Below the pieces are notes generated by a model, which made no database searches, was not told the DNA's origin, and was given only the letters and a program-made list of their open reading frames with translations. A program made the position numbers and the translations under genes. A DNA stretch of 64,000 bases from the IMG/VR virus record IMGVR_UViG_3300032304_003098, positions 45,578-109,577 of that record. One strand, 5' to 3'. Of the stretch, positions 48,601 to 58,965 are shown in pieces (the stretch's first letter is position 1; the number at the start of each line of letters is the position of its first letter). Source of the stretch: a virus.

Positions 48601-49196
48601 CTTTATCTACTGGTTTATCTTTTACCAATCTAGTTACGCCTGATTATTCTTCGGCGGGTACTGTTGTCTATCCTTATTTCAGACAGTCTGATTATTTCTA
48701 CTATGATAATTCTTTAACCAATTATTGGATGCAACTTGGTTATACCACAGTGACTGATAATTTTGTTACGGGTGCAACTGCAACCAGGCAGGATGCTATG
48801 TATCCTTTGAAATTAGGATTTGAAAGTAACGATGAATGGTTGATTGGTAGATATTCCTGTGGATCTTATCTCTTTTTGGGACCATCTACTTCTTCTTTGG
48901 TTCAGGTTCAAGGTTCAACCTCACTAGCCAGTCAATTTGTTCAGCAAGGTACCAACAATGCGATTATTATCCCTTTAATTTTTCAATTTAGAGCAACGGA
49001 TAAGTTGGGTTACATCGGAGGTTTTAAGGCTAGTGGGAATCCAACCAATATTACATATACAAAAAAATTAGGATTGGACATTCAGGTAAGAAATCAAAGT
49101 CCTTTCTCTTTTGACCTGGAAGTGACAGGAAAATATAAGAATGATACACTTTCTTCTCCTAATTTTTCTTCTCAAGGAGGGACAAACCTAGGATAA
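45618..49196 (+). CDS. large structural protein with coiled coils and an FN3-like segment
   Basis: 1192 aa; VEIRVKSVSEAGW...SDWSE FN3-like ending; context. Confidence 0.65.
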   Translation: MSGTQNSISSLVAQFLRLQKNALEIINGLNEVATSTNQNVQIEMLDEAGMPTNVSIPAYGYLSSQIQRLDSNIQALAGLGDNFSTVRNPDGTYSQIYKSEPLRDPQPFINLQVPSTFSARDNWFFESFLSPLLYISIDVTGQLPDDADRILVKRIIANTETDEQKAYFDSNLSGRNNIGEQEFINALTDNGIFYFVDEEIIPLPLRTIRNKGNFSVLSFYDDTVSTTDANGQTVQETRRNYKLNSVQYTDTSTGVTNGRTLDVGNVLLTADGSRYEIISININETSVQLKRTSGYQPVMIGTNSLTLLSTQFNPRFVDVNVGYNERQGVFFKKIDDNYNIVASSWSPGVVFWSNQLRINTTSGVQTLEQFYLNSVADLGQQLLAMAKEKKIAAISGLTPEAPSIVPTNFRVVQINTQLTQSTDVQTLNEKVALKATLQSEISQLDTSINTSRAQINSVSNTSVLPQSRVGLDNALSSISTSLSSSTQNTQALQANLNSLTQQRVQKQQLLASVVSDVSTISASTPQLLAEPKYRVRGFWPIPPPKINPTTGKQEVIQFIIEYRYLSDSGVAPPVQQINFRDNNGQEKTGAFSNWTREITNIRSKIYDVNTGTYVWTPEITDDADANNINQLDIPITSGEQVEIRVKSVSEAGWPDNPVTSDWSESVTISFPPDATTESAVVSLTSNLKDEALLAIQQDLSSRGVDALLNRQFTAGNKTFLVDAPVISSGFTDASGNPMDLFQKLTDMQNEIASLRSIIEKSVGVLEVQLVDEAGNTQIISNGQTIKVNAGYYNQIFSNPTTSDAGKIASRIYQLKLVNTAAGLLELASSLPGGLDTLAGTSSTYSLPTGYAQNLRYGEIGISITSLTAADIIPPGSTGAANNESFQQLRQASPYSSGNANSQFIYPRWKSVGLDQDLYFISQPYASGYDYEGNSNGQPQNGSSLIPFNPTISTVPTASGQNGSVWNGGYTGSAVPYTGLGNGYLSEFCVHKNHPALSTGLSFTNLVTPDYSSAGTVVYPYFRQSDYFYYDNSLTNYWMQLGYTTVTDNFVTGATATRQDAMYPLKLGFESNDEWLIGRYSCGSYLFLGPSTSSLVQVQGSTSLASQFVQQGTNNAIIIPLIFQFRATDKLGYIGGFKASGNPTNITYTKKLGLDIQVRNQSPFSFDLEVTGKYKNDTLSSPNFSSQGGTNLG

Positions 49197-49197
49197 A

Positions 49198-52100
49198 ATG
49201 AGTAACGAAAATACATTCCAAAATATTTGTGGGAATTCGCCCTCCAAATTATTTGATTCTAATTCTTCTTTCGGTGTTTTAAGAGCCAATCCCAAAATAT
49301 CAGGGAATGTTAAAATTTCTTTGGATTCTGATGGAGGCGTTTGGCTGAATTCCATGGACGCAAATCCAATTTTAAGTGACCAAAGATTCAAGAAGTATCG
49401 GGTTACAGGTCAAAATACTTATGGAAAAGATTTACAAAGATTTTTTTCGATAGGTAAAAATTTGCAAAGCTCTTTAAATCCTGATGTTATTTTTGGAGTT
49501 GGGAAATTTACGGATGGAGAAAATAAGCCGGTAGAAAATTTTTCTTCTCAATATGATTTTTTTTATGGTTCTGGAGCTTCAACTTTAATAGACAGGAACT
49601 ACACTGAAAATTTTCGTTATTTTCAACCCCTTTGGTTGCGTGACGAGTTGCCTGAATTTTTTGTTGTATTTAAAGTTCCAGAGCCTTTAAGTTATCCTTA
49701 CTCTACTAATCAAGTCCAAATTAATAATGGATCACAATACAAAGTAATTCAAGATGTATCTTCTGCAGAAGTTTTCCAAATATCATATGGTAAAGATTCT
49801 CTGGGTAACGATTTAATTTATTCTGCTGGGCAATTTTTCACTGGCAATTCCGTATATTCTACGTATACTGTTTTAAATGGAACAGGAAAGGTTGTTCTTA
49901 TGGATGAACTTCTTTATCAACCTGAAGTAGATAATGTTGAAAGTTTCTTCAATTCGAAAATCTTACCTTATGCTTCAGTTATCTCAACCTTTGATTTAAG
50001 AGAGAACACAACAATCGGAAAATACATTAGATCTATCACTAACGATCCATCATTCAGCCAAGCACCAATTCAATTTTCATATGAGATAAATTCTTACACA
50101 TACTTTAATGGAATAGACATCCAAACCGGAGCTACGACCAAAAAAGGGGAACTGCTTTATGATTTTTTAATTTCTAACGAATCAACCCCCCAGATTGATT
50201 TTGAAAATTATATTACAAATGGGTTTGCAAGGAATAATATTATTGCTCCTAATATCTTGAATTTAGAATTTTTGTTCAATGATCCTGATTCTGATTTGTA
50301 CACCATTAACAGATATTTTGGTTGTTACGTTTCAAAAAATTGTTTAGGCAGTTTTAAACTGAATGGAAATTTCTTTTTTCGATTTAGTGAATCTGGAGGT
50401 AATAACAATTTACCTAAACCTTCGTTAAATAACGTCGGGTTTTACAATTCCACCGCTAACAATTTTCAAAGTTCTACAACAGGAGTGCGTTTATATTACG
50501 AGGATGCACAGGGATGGATTCCTGGTTCATATGATGTAAATGTGGCTGATCCACAGAAACTCTTTTACATAACTGACAAATTCGATAGATTTTATAGTTT
50601 GAAAAGGGATGAAAATTATAATTCTATTACTGAAACTTGGCAAGACAATACCCCTATCGAATCTCAATTCGGACCTTATGTAAACGGTACATTTGCAACT
50701 GGTGGCATTACTGGACCGAGTCCTTATTCTGGTAATTTGGTTATACCAAATCGTTCTATTAATTTGTTAAATTTCACTGGCCCGGGGGAAAAAATAGGGG
50801 GATTTTCGGGAATTTTGCCAGACACAAAAGGACACGCAAACATTAACATTGAATTTTTAAGTTCATATGATTCTAGTCTTCCTGTAACCTTTAAGATTTT
50901 CTGGCCGGGTGGAACCCGGGGTAATTTACAACAAAAATTCGATTTAATTCAGTCTGCCAAATTAGGTGGTACAATTTTAGGGTGGAAACCAGGGTCTGCT
51001 TACAACACGGGAAATGTACATTATTTTAATTTATCTGAAGGACAAACAAGTCAAATTGCCTCTGCATTTTCGGTGTGTGTAAAAAGTGTGAGCTCGGTGG
51101 TTTGGGATTCTGCAAATTCCCAGAATTCTTCTATTATACGGTCCAAAAAAGCTGGACCCAATTCTAACACCGAATTTAAAATAGCGGTTTTTTCTGACTA
51201 TGAATCTTTTTCAACAAACTACCAAGGGATTTGGTCCAATACTGCTGCTTATGTAACAGGCCAAATTGTTACCTTTTCCGACACTTATTTTGTTGCTTTA
51301 AATTCAATCCCAGCACCAAGCCCAGGAAATTTAAATCCAAATCCCGAAACGGATTCCAATTGGTCTAGATATCAAACATTTTCCCAAGCCGGAATTTTAA
51401 AAATAGGGGATTTGGATGCTTCTTCTCTAACCGGAAATTTAAATTTTAGAGGAGGATCTGATTATTTAAAATCTAGAGTTATCTTTTCAATTGAGGAAAA
51501 AGATAAAATTGTGCCGGGTACATGGATAGAGGTAGAGAGTGGAAAGGGTGTAACCGGATCGGTCTCGATGATTACTGAGGTCACACGATATGTAGATGAT
51601 CCCGTCCTAAACAGCGCGAATCAAATCTCATCAGAAGTAACAGGTTTCAGAGGGTTTAACGAATTTTTGGTTGCCCATTTACAAGACAAAAATGCAATCA
51701 TTAGTTTGGGTTCTAATGGTAACTTCAATCTGTTCGAGATTGTTAATTTGAAAAGTGGAGTTTTTTCATTTTTTGATTTGAAAGATTTTGATTTTGATTT
51801 TCTTGCTTCTTCTTACGGGCTAACTCCTACTCCGGAGTTTCATCGTTATTTTCAATTAATTCCAAATCAAGCAGGCCAAATCAAAACAAATGTTAAATAT
51901 TTGGTTAGACAGGGTCAAGTTACATATAACTCTACCGTCTATCAAGCTAACCAATCTTTTGTGGGGGTATCATCCTCTGATATGTTTATTGACTCTGGTT
52001 CTGCCACGACCGGTGTATCAGCAATTGTGTTACCTGCCATTTTTAGCCAAGTGGGTTGGGTAGATTCAAATTACACCTATCCAATGAGCCAGATCTCAGC

Positions 52101-54783
52101 CGAGCCAAATTTGGATTCTTTCGTTGGTTTTTATGGGATACAATCTATCACAGCCGTCAATCCAACCCCAAATTCTTTAAATAAACAGGAAGTTTTTACT
52201 TACGGCAAGTTAGAAACCGAATATCAATATCTTCAAGAAAACTTCACCGTGGCAAGGGCCAACGTATCCAGAGTAGTACCTTTTATCAACAAGTGGGGTT
52301 ACTTAGGTGGAACTGATGTTAGAGGCAATGTGTACCGTTTGAATTCTTCTCCTGCCTTTGCTCCCACTAATTTTTCACCTAGTTTCCAAAATGACTCGCC
52401 AAATCCATCCTATTTCACCCATGAATGGTTTTTATTAGAAGGTGTACCCAGAGAATTCCCGGCTGATAAGATTTCAGAGCAAAGTAGTTATCTGCCAGGT
52501 AAGATTGATTTACAACAAGTGAGGGATGCCAATCCATCTTCTAGTCTTTATTCCTATTCTTTTCTTACCGTTGAACCTACAGATTATCCTGCTCCCTATG
52601 CTGACCCATCCAATGTTACTAAAGAATTTTTCACCCCCTTTTTCTACAATTCTGCTACAGGATTTTATGACACAGTTTTTAGAGGGGTAAAGATTTCCTT
52701 GAAAAGAAAAAGTAATATTCCAAATCCAACTTCAGATCTTGACAAATACATTTTAAACTATCGAGGATTTGAAGGTTACAATTTTTCTTCTATTTTAAGG
52801 GTAATTCCCGAAGACTCTAGTACCATCCAAGCTCCGGTTACTTACGAAATCATTGAAAACACACAACAGAAAATTGTCTTGTTTGTTACCACTGTGGTGA
52901 TGAAGGATTATCGGGCTTTGCCTTTAGGCAACACCGGAGGTACCGGAGATCCCTATTTAGATTATTTGTTGATGTACAGTTTGGTGGATAAAAAAGAAGA
53001 TGCAGACATTGGATTAACCGGAGCTTCTGGTCCTACCGGTTCTCTGCTATATAAAATAGCAAATACTAAATTATCTGCTGCTTTGGATTTATCCATCACT
53101 TCTAATTCATCCGTAACAACCTTGACCAATCCTGGCAGCGTTTATGTTATCCCTAATCCGAATTACGATACAGATTTAAGAGAAGAAATCAATCTTTTCT
53201 ATCCCATTGGATCTACCCCCAGTGTAGGAGGAACTGGAGCAGGAAGTTTCATTGTCCCCAGCCAAAGTTACGTTTATCCCTGGCCGGTGGGCAGATCTCA
53301 AAATTTGGTGAACTTCGAAGCCATCAATCCACCCGACTATGAGTTCACGATTCCCTTTGCCTTTTCTTCACCAGTTACAATTCCAGTAGGACCTAGACCA
53401 GCCTATGCCGGATACCCCGTATTTCAAGTGGAGGGGGGTGGAAATTATTTCGATTTTGTGATGAAGAGAATTTCCCTATCCCAGATCTTTGAAAGAGTAA
53501 ACGTTGAAAGCCCCTATATTAAATACACAACTTATGAGTGGGATCCTGTTTCGAATAGTACAGTTATAACTTCAAATGCTTTTCAAATTAGTTTGTTACA
53601 GCCTACTGCTTTATACAAGCCAACCGGAGTTTATCCCGAAACGAGTTATGCGGGACCACAAACAATAGGTAGAAGCAAACCTACAGGATTCGAAATCGTT
53701 AATGGCGGAAGCAAATATGCTTCTGATATTTTAAGATACAGTGGTCCTTATGAACCTTTATTTAGGAAGATTTTTAAATTCAAAGAAGACAAAAACGACA
53801 CCTTAACTAGAAATTCTTCTGTGGATCTAAGCTTCCGGAATTGTACTTTTGCACCAGAACAATCAGATTTTGGAAAAATTTTAAATTTGGGTTACTCCAA
53901 GGTTTCTCTGGGTGCTAATATCTTGCAGGAATCTCAAAATTTACCTCAGGGTCCTAAATATCCATATATCGGCCAAAGTCCTATTTTCTACAAGGATTTT
54001 TCAGTTTTCTTGTCCAGTTGGGATCCAGGATATTACAATCTTTTCAAGTCTGCTACGTCAGAAACCCCGGTGGCTGGAACTAGATCTATGCGGGAGCTGA
54101 AATCTTTTTTGGGTTCAAAAATAATGCAGACCCCATATACCATCACGATCTACACCTTTATAACTTTGGAAATTTCTAGGAACACTGGTACAACGATTGT
54201 TCCCAACATCAACGCAGCTGCAAATGCTGCAATTCCATTGATTCAAAATTTAAATCCATCTACTTCGAATACTGGGGTGGGACAACTTGGAACCTATCTG
54301 AGCAACGTAGACTTACAAATTCTAGATGAAAACATTTTTCCCCAGGTCGAAGTTTTCTGGCAAAATAATACAACCACAAACACAGTTTATGGCACAATTA
54401 GGTTGGACAGGATTTTAAGAAGATATCTACTGAATGCCGGAATTTCTACGGTGTTTGTCAATAACATGGTCAGCGAATTTGGAGTTGGCAATCCCAACAA
54501 TATTAACGATGATATTGACACTTACATCGAAGAAAACATCACTCCAATCTATGAAGGTATTTCTTTTGACCTATTTGTGAAAAAAACTGGCCAGGCACTA
54601 ACTTCTACTGAGATATTGGTTCGAGGGGATTTAATCAATCCCGATAGAATCAAATATGCTTATTATGCTCAGCCCAATTTTAAATTGACAAAAATTACAG
54701 ACTTGATTTACTCTTTCGAATATCCTTTGACCTCTGGTCAAAATTATTCTCTAACCTTTTCTTTCAGAATTCAAAAAATTTGA
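49198..54783 (+). CDS. very large structural protein with a small CBM5/12-like aromatic module
   Basis: 1861 aa; WSNTAAYVTGQIVTFSDTYFVAL...NW matches the W-x4-Y-x-x-G-x-x-V pattern. Confidence 0.65.
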   Translation: MSNENTFQNICGNSPSKLFDSNSSFGVLRANPKISGNVKISLDSDGGVWLNSMDANPILSDQRFKKYRVTGQNTYGKDLQRFFSIGKNLQSSLNPDVIFGVGKFTDGENKPVENFSSQYDFFYGSGASTLIDRNYTENFRYFQPLWLRDELPEFFVVFKVPEPLSYPYSTNQVQINNGSQYKVIQDVSSAEVFQISYGKDSLGNDLIYSAGQFFTGNSVYSTYTVLNGTGKVVLMDELLYQPEVDNVESFFNSKILPYASVISTFDLRENTTIGKYIRSITNDPSFSQAPIQFSYEINSYTYFNGIDIQTGATTKKGELLYDFLISNESTPQIDFENYITNGFARNNIIAPNILNLEFLFNDPDSDLYTINRYFGCYVSKNCLGSFKLNGNFFFRFSESGGNNNLPKPSLNNVGFYNSTANNFQSSTTGVRLYYEDAQGWIPGSYDVNVADPQKLFYITDKFDRFYSLKRDENYNSITETWQDNTPIESQFGPYVNGTFATGGITGPSPYSGNLVIPNRSINLLNFTGPGEKIGGFSGILPDTKGHANINIEFLSSYDSSLPVTFKIFWPGGTRGNLQQKFDLIQSAKLGGTILGWKPGSAYNTGNVHYFNLSEGQTSQIASAFSVCVKSVSSVVWDSANSQNSSIIRSKKAGPNSNTEFKIAVFSDYESFSTNYQGIWSNTAAYVTGQIVTFSDTYFVALNSIPAPSPGNLNPNPETDSNWSRYQTFSQAGILKIGDLDASSLTGNLNFRGGSDYLKSRVIFSIEEKDKIVPGTWIEVESGKGVTGSVSMITEVTRYVDDPVLNSANQISSEVTGFRGFNEFLVAHLQDKNAIISLGSNGNFNLFEIVNLKSGVFSFFDLKDFDFDFLASSYGLTPTPEFHRYFQLIPNQAGQIKTNVKYLVRQGQVTYNSTVYQANQSFVGVSSSDMFIDSGSATTGVSAIVLPAIFSQVGWVDSNYTYPMSQISAEPNLDSFVGFYGIQSITAVNPTPNSLNKQEVFTYGKLETEYQYLQENFTVARANVSRVVPFINKWGYLGGTDVRGNVYRLNSSPAFAPTNFSPSFQNDSPNPSYFTHEWFLLEGVPREFPADKISEQSSYLPGKIDLQQVRDANPSSSLYSYSFLTVEPTDYPAPYADPSNVTKEFFTPFFYNSATGFYDTVFRGVKISLKRKSNIPNPTSDLDKYILNYRGFEGYNFSSILRVIPEDSSTIQAPVTYEIIENTQQKIVLFVTTVVMKDYRALPLGNTGGTGDPYLDYLLMYSLVDKKEDADIGLTGASGPTGSLLYKIANTKLSAALDLSITSNSSVTTLTNPGSVYVIPNPNYDTDLREEINLFYPIGSTPSVGGTGAGSFIVPSQSYVYPWPVGRSQNLVNFEAINPPDYEFTIPFAFSSPVTIPVGPRPAYAGYPVFQVEGGGNYFDFVMKRISLSQIFERVNVESPYIKYTTYEWDPVSNSTVITSNAFQISLLQPTALYKPTGVYPETSYAGPQTIGRSKPTGFEIVNGGSKYASDILRYSGPYEPLFRKIFKFKEDKNDTLTRNSSVDLSFRNCTFAPEQSDFGKILNLGYSKVSLGANILQESQNLPQGPKYPYIGQSPIFYKDFSVFLSSWDPGYYNLFKSATSETPVAGTRSMRELKSFLGSKIMQTPYTITIYTFITLEISRNTGTTIVPNINAAANAAIPLIQNLNPSTSNTGVGQLGTYLSNVDLQILDENIFPQVEVFWQNNTTTNTVYGTIRLDRILRRYLLNAGISTVFVNNMVSEFGVGNPNNINDDIDTYIEENITPIYEGISFDLFVKKTGQALTSTEILVRGDLINPDRIKYAYYAQPNFKLTKITDLIYSFEYPLTSGQNYSLTFSFRIQKI

Positions 54784-54798
54784 TGATTTGAAAATCTG

Positions 54799-54806
54799 AA
54801 TATATA
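54799..54806 (+). promoter_or_regulatory. putative late promoter (G)AATATATA
   Basis: 18 nt before ATG 54825. Confidence 0.6.
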
Positions 54807-54824
54807 AAGAAAGAATTTACAGGC

Positions 54825-56300
54825 ATGCCTTCATTAAACATTCTAAATCTAAATCAAGGAGACACACAAGCTGATATTCGCAATAAAGTCAATGCGAACT
54901 TTGATTCCTTGGTAGCTAACGGTGGAGGTCCTCAGGGTGTTCAAGGTCCTCAAGGGGAAGGGGGACCGGTTGGACAAGTTGGGCCTCAAGGTGATCCAGG
55001 ACAGCAAGGAATTAGAGGGACCAAATGGTTTGTTGAGGCATCCGCTCCAACTGGGGGAACTGGAGATACGATTTTGGTGGGGGATTTTTGGATTGATACA
55101 TTCAATAACAATAACATTTATGAATATAGTAACTCTGGTTGGGTTTGGACCGGGGATTCTTTACAATCTTCCGGAGTTTTCACTCTCCTACCTGGAATTT
55201 CTGGCCCCTCGTCGGGAATGGACGCCGTCGTATTAAACACCCCATTTCCAAATTTAAACACTTTAGTTTTGTCCGATGCTGTTTCGACAACATCTACAGC
55301 CAATCCCGCAAACGCAAAATTGTTGATTTCAACTGACTCTGACAATGATTTTCCTTTGATCGAATTTGCTAAAACTAATGCCACGGGGATTGGAACGCCG
55401 GCAGATTACAATCGACATCCTCAATTTAGATGGTTAAACCCCACGCAAAATAATTATAATCTACTTTTTTCTGTTCCTCAAGATGAAATGACATTTTCTG
55501 CCGGAGGAAATTTAACCTTAGAAAGTACTAACTCAATTTTAAACCTGAATTCTTCTAGTGATTTAAGAATTGAATCTGCAGCTGGTATGACAATTAATTC
55601 TGCCGGAAACATGTATTTTAATTCTGGAACTTCTTTGATGGAATTTACTTCTTCAAATTATTCTCTTTCTTCAGGTTTACTTTCCCTAGGCGTACCTTTA
55701 AGTATTTCTAATAATACACCAGGAACAGCTTTATTCGTCCAAAATTCAAATGTCACTGGTGAAGGACTTAGTGTAACTTTATCAACCAGCAATCCAGCTT
55801 ATTCCGTAGCTAATTTTTCTTCTGGAGGAACCCCAAAATTTAACGTAAGAGCAGATGGAAAAGTAACTTTGAGGCAAAGCGGGACAGCTGTCAAATTTAT
55901 TACTTCCAGTGCCGACATAACCCCCGGTGGAACTGGATATTGGAACCTGGGACCTAATTACGTCAACTATGGAAATCTGGTTTATTTTGAGCCTCCTTCG
56001 GGATCTCCTTCCGCGAAAGGATTTTTAATTCCGGTAGGGAATTTCTCAACCAGTTGGACCAGTTTTTTGCAAAATTACGAATCAATTCAAATTAGGATCG
56101 CTATTAGTTCCGCCGGAAATAGAGTTCAATACATTTCTTTATACACTGGGTCAGGAAATCCTGGTGTAGGTGCTAATACACAAATTGATTTTGGTGCAAG
56201 TCCTCAGCAATTCTTAGAGTTCACAATTATCAGAACAACTTCATCTTCCGGATATATTGTTTATTATAATACCTGCGGAGGTCTTTGTGGTAAATTTTGA
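54825..56300 (+). CDS. tail fibre-like protein with short collagen segment
   Basis: LNQGDTQADIRNKVNANF anchor, GPQGVQGPQGEGGPVGQVGPQGDPGQQGIRG, then GDFWID. Confidence 0.75.
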   Translation: MPSLNILNLNQGDTQADIRNKVNANFDSLVANGGGPQGVQGPQGEGGPVGQVGPQGDPGQQGIRGTKWFVEASAPTGGTGDTILVGDFWIDTFNNNNIYEYSNSGWVWTGDSLQSSGVFTLLPGISGPSSGMDAVVLNTPFPNLNTLVLSDAVSTTSTANPANAKLLISTDSDNDFPLIEFAKTNATGIGTPADYNRHPQFRWLNPTQNNYNLLFSVPQDEMTFSAGGNLTLESTNSILNLNSSSDLRIESAAGMTINSAGNMYFNSGTSLMEFTSSNYSLSSGLLSLGVPLSISNNTPGTALFVQNSNVTGEGLSVTLSTSNPAYSVANFSSGGTPKFNVRADGKVTLRQSGTAVKFITSSADITPGGTGYWNLGPNYVNYGNLVYFEPPSGSPSAKGFLIPVGNFSTSWTSFLQNYESIQIRIAISSAGNRVQYISLYTGSGNPGVGANTQIDFGASPQQFLEFTIIRTTSSSGYIVYYNTCGGLCGKF

Positions 56301-56311
56301 TTTGATAAATT

Positions 56312-57892
56312 ATGAAATTTAACACAAAATATATTTTACCTGGGGACGATAAGAATGAAATTATCTCCAAAATAAATTACAATTTTCAACAGGTTTTTTT
56401 CAATGGTCTGGGAGCTAAAGGTCCGATTGGATTAGCAGGGGAAGAAGGTATTATAGGCCAGGTTGGGAATGACGGGGAACCAGGTGCAACGGGTCAACCA
56501 GCTTCAAGTTGGTTTTTTAGCCCTTCTCAAAATTTGATTCCAAATCCACAGGATGGAGATATTTGGGTGAATACGGGGCCAACTGGGGGTCAAAATGTTT
56601 ACATTTATTCTTCGGGATGGATCTATTCTGGATATTCTATTTTGGATGATTCCATTTTTTCTTTGGTGACTGAAATCAATGGACCAGGATCCACGAACGA
56701 TAAAAATGCTGTTGTCTTTGCAGGAACTGGTCCTTCTGGAAGTACTTTAGTTCTTTCTGACGTAGTCGCAACCAGTGCAGCCAATCCGAATTTCTCAAAA
56801 TTAAACATTTCAACCAATGCCGAAAATTCAATTTTGCCTTCGATTGGACTTGACAAAACATTCTATACCGGTCCTTATTTTCCCAGTTTTCAGTGGGGAT
56901 CGACAGGAAACAACTATAATTTGATTTTTTCTTCGCCTGCTGATCTTAAAATATCTGCTGGAGCAACTGCAACCTTTGGTTCAACTGGAAGTAGTGGTGC
57001 TTTTTTCTATGGCCAGACTGATGTTAGATTAACTTCGGGTCGTGAATTTTCTTTTGTAAATGCCACAGGAGCAAGTGCTGCGATGTCTTTTCAGGCACAA
57101 AATATCCTTATGAATTCTGGTAATAAGAATCTGAGTGAAAATCTACTCTCATATTCAGGTCTATCAAATCCAATAGTTTTAGATGTTATTGATTCCTGGG
57201 CAGTAACTACGGTTAATCCATCTCAGATTGGAAATGGTTTAAGAGTTGAACTCCCCGATTCTAGCAATGAAAGTGGATATGCTATTTCTACCTTTTTCAA
57301 TTCCACCACCGTCTACAAAATTTTCGAATCTAGAACTAATAATTTTAACGTTATAGGTCAAAGCGGTCCTTCCGGTAGCTCATCTGGATTTTTAACTAAA
57401 GCCGTTCAAGTTCAAAATAAAGTTAGTCCTTCTGCAACTTTTCCCAGAGGGTCATTTACAAATAACTACTTGCCACTGCCTTTGACTGGAACTTCAGCGG
57501 ATGTGATCTATATCAATGCTCTTTGGCCACCACCTTCTAATCCACAAGCAGATGGTAGAAATTATTTTGTGTATTTACAACTTTCGGATTTCAACGGCAT
57601 TTGGGAAAGTGCAGAATTGGGAGGCAGAACGTTTGATGTTTTCCTGAATGACGATGTTCTCTGTTTTGGTGGAATTAGAACGGTGTATCCTGGTCTTTCT
57701 GGAGTTACTGCTAGTACAGTTCAAATTAATTCTTTAGGGAATGGATTAACTGGTGGATGTAGACATATAAGACTTGAATTTATCACAGAACGAAATATTT
57801 ATTACAAAGCTTTTACTACTTCGGATCCAAGATGTGGATTCATTCCTTATTCTTTAACCTCTACTAGCGTAGGACCTACCCCTAATTTATAA
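56312..57892 (+). CDS. tail fibre-like protein with short collagen segment (paralogue of 54825..56300)
   Basis: ILPGDDKNEIISKINYNF, Gly-X-Y stretch, GDIWVN; TLVLSD...ANP..KL.IST shared with the neighbour. Confidence 0.75.
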   Translation: MKFNTKYILPGDDKNEIISKINYNFQQVFFNGLGAKGPIGLAGEEGIIGQVGNDGEPGATGQPASSWFFSPSQNLIPNPQDGDIWVNTGPTGGQNVYIYSSGWIYSGYSILDDSIFSLVTEINGPGSTNDKNAVVFAGTGPSGSTLVLSDVVATSAANPNFSKLNISTNAENSILPSIGLDKTFYTGPYFPSFQWGSTGNNYNLIFSSPADLKISAGATATFGSTGSSGAFFYGQTDVRLTSGREFSFVNATGASAAMSFQAQNILMNSGNKNLSENLLSYSGLSNPIVLDVIDSWAVTTVNPSQIGNGLRVELPDSSNESGYAISTFFNSTTVYKIFESRTNNFNVIGQSGPSGSSSGFLTKAVQVQNKVSPSATFPRGSFTNNYLPLPLTGTSADVIYINALWPPPSNPQADGRNYFVYLQLSDFNGIWESAELGGRTFDVFLNDDVLCFGGIRTVYPGLSGVTASTVQINSLGNGLTGGCRHIRLEFITERNIYYKAFTTSDPRCGFIPYSLTSTSVGPTPNL

Positions 57893-57898
57893 AAAATT

Positions 57899-58135
57899 AT
57901 GTTAACCGAGAAAGAAATTCAAACAGCAAAAAAATTAAAACAAGAATTTGGTCAGATCAAAGACCAAATAAATCTTGTGGAAGAACAAATGAAGTCACTC
58001 AATCAAACAACAGAATCTCTGGTTAGACATCTAGAAGATCTAAGACTTCAAGAACAAAATTTTGTGCAAAATCTTAAAAAAAAATACGGGGAGGGAAAAT
58101 TAAATCCAATCACATTTACTTATGAAAAACTTTGA
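57899..58135 (+). CDS. small coiled-coil protein (possible fibre-assembly chaperone)
   Basis: 78-aa heptad pattern ending LKKKYGEGKLNP. Confidence 0.65.
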   Translation: MLTEKEIQTAKKLKQEFGQIKDQINLVEEQMKSLNQTTESLVRHLEDLRLQEQNFVQNLKKKYGEGKLNPITFTYEKL

Positions 58136-58955
58136 TCTTAAACTTAAAATTATTATCGGCCTTGCTATTTCTGCATTTTTGTTGATTTGTGTTTCAATTT
58201 GGCAATACAACGAGTTACAAATTGTTAAAAATAATTCTGCTAGACATTTCAATAATTATTTAGCTGCCCAAGATTCAATCACTTACATTTCTGGTGAAAA
58301 TGAAACATTGATAGCCCAAAAACTATCTATGGAGTTTTTTCATAGTGAATTAAGTAACGAAAACAAAAAATTGTTGGAGAGACTACAAACTGAAAAAAAT
58401 AAAAAACCACAGGTAGTTATTCAAACAGAAATCAAATATCGGGACACCTCCATTTATATTCCAGTTACCTCCACTTTTGACAACAATTCACCATCTTTAA
58501 ATTTCAATTACAATCCAACTTTAAAAGGTAAAAACAAAATGTCTATTGTGGGGCACTTGCCCTATTCGATCTATTATGACACTTGTAATCTTAAAGTTGA
58601 TTCAGGTGGAATAAATTGGTCAATCCAACCTGGAATCGTTCCAGGTAAAGTACACCTACAGATCGAGCAAAAGATTGATCTAGTAATGGGTTTGGTCAGG
58701 GATCCAAAAACTAAGCAACTGTATGTTAGAGCTACAACTGATTTCCCCGGAGTTTCTTTTTCTGATCTGAATTCAATTTATTTGTTGGACGATGTTGAAT
58801 CTAAAAAGGCTCTAAGGAGTGCTAGAAAACCTTTTGGCTTAGGAGTAACTGTGGGGTTGGGAATTACGGCGGGATCTAATGGATATATTGTTAGAGGTCC
58901 TAACTTAGGTGTTGGCTTAACTTATACCCCGAAATTTCTCCAATTTGGCAAATAA
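58122..58955 (+). CDS. membrane-anchored coiled-coil protein with C-terminal Gly-rich beta-hairpin (possible spanin-like lysis protein)
   Basis: N-terminal TM IIIGLAISAFLLICVSIW; coiled coil; FGLGVTVGLG...PNLGVGLTY..F end. Confidence 0.55.
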   Translation: MKNFDLKLKIIIGLAISAFLLICVSIWQYNELQIVKNNSARHFNNYLAAQDSITYISGENETLIAQKLSMEFFHSELSNENKKLLERLQTEKNKKPQVVIQTEIKYRDTSIYIPVTSTFDNNSPSLNFNYNPTLKGKNKMSIVGHLPYSIYYDTCNLKVDSGGINWSIQPGIVPGKVHLQIEQKIDLVMGLVRDPKTKQLYVRATTDFPGVSFSDLNSIYLLDDVESKKALRSARKPFGLGVTVGLGITAGSNGYIVRGPNLGVGLTYTPKFLQFGK

Positions 58956-58965
58956 AAATTAAAAA

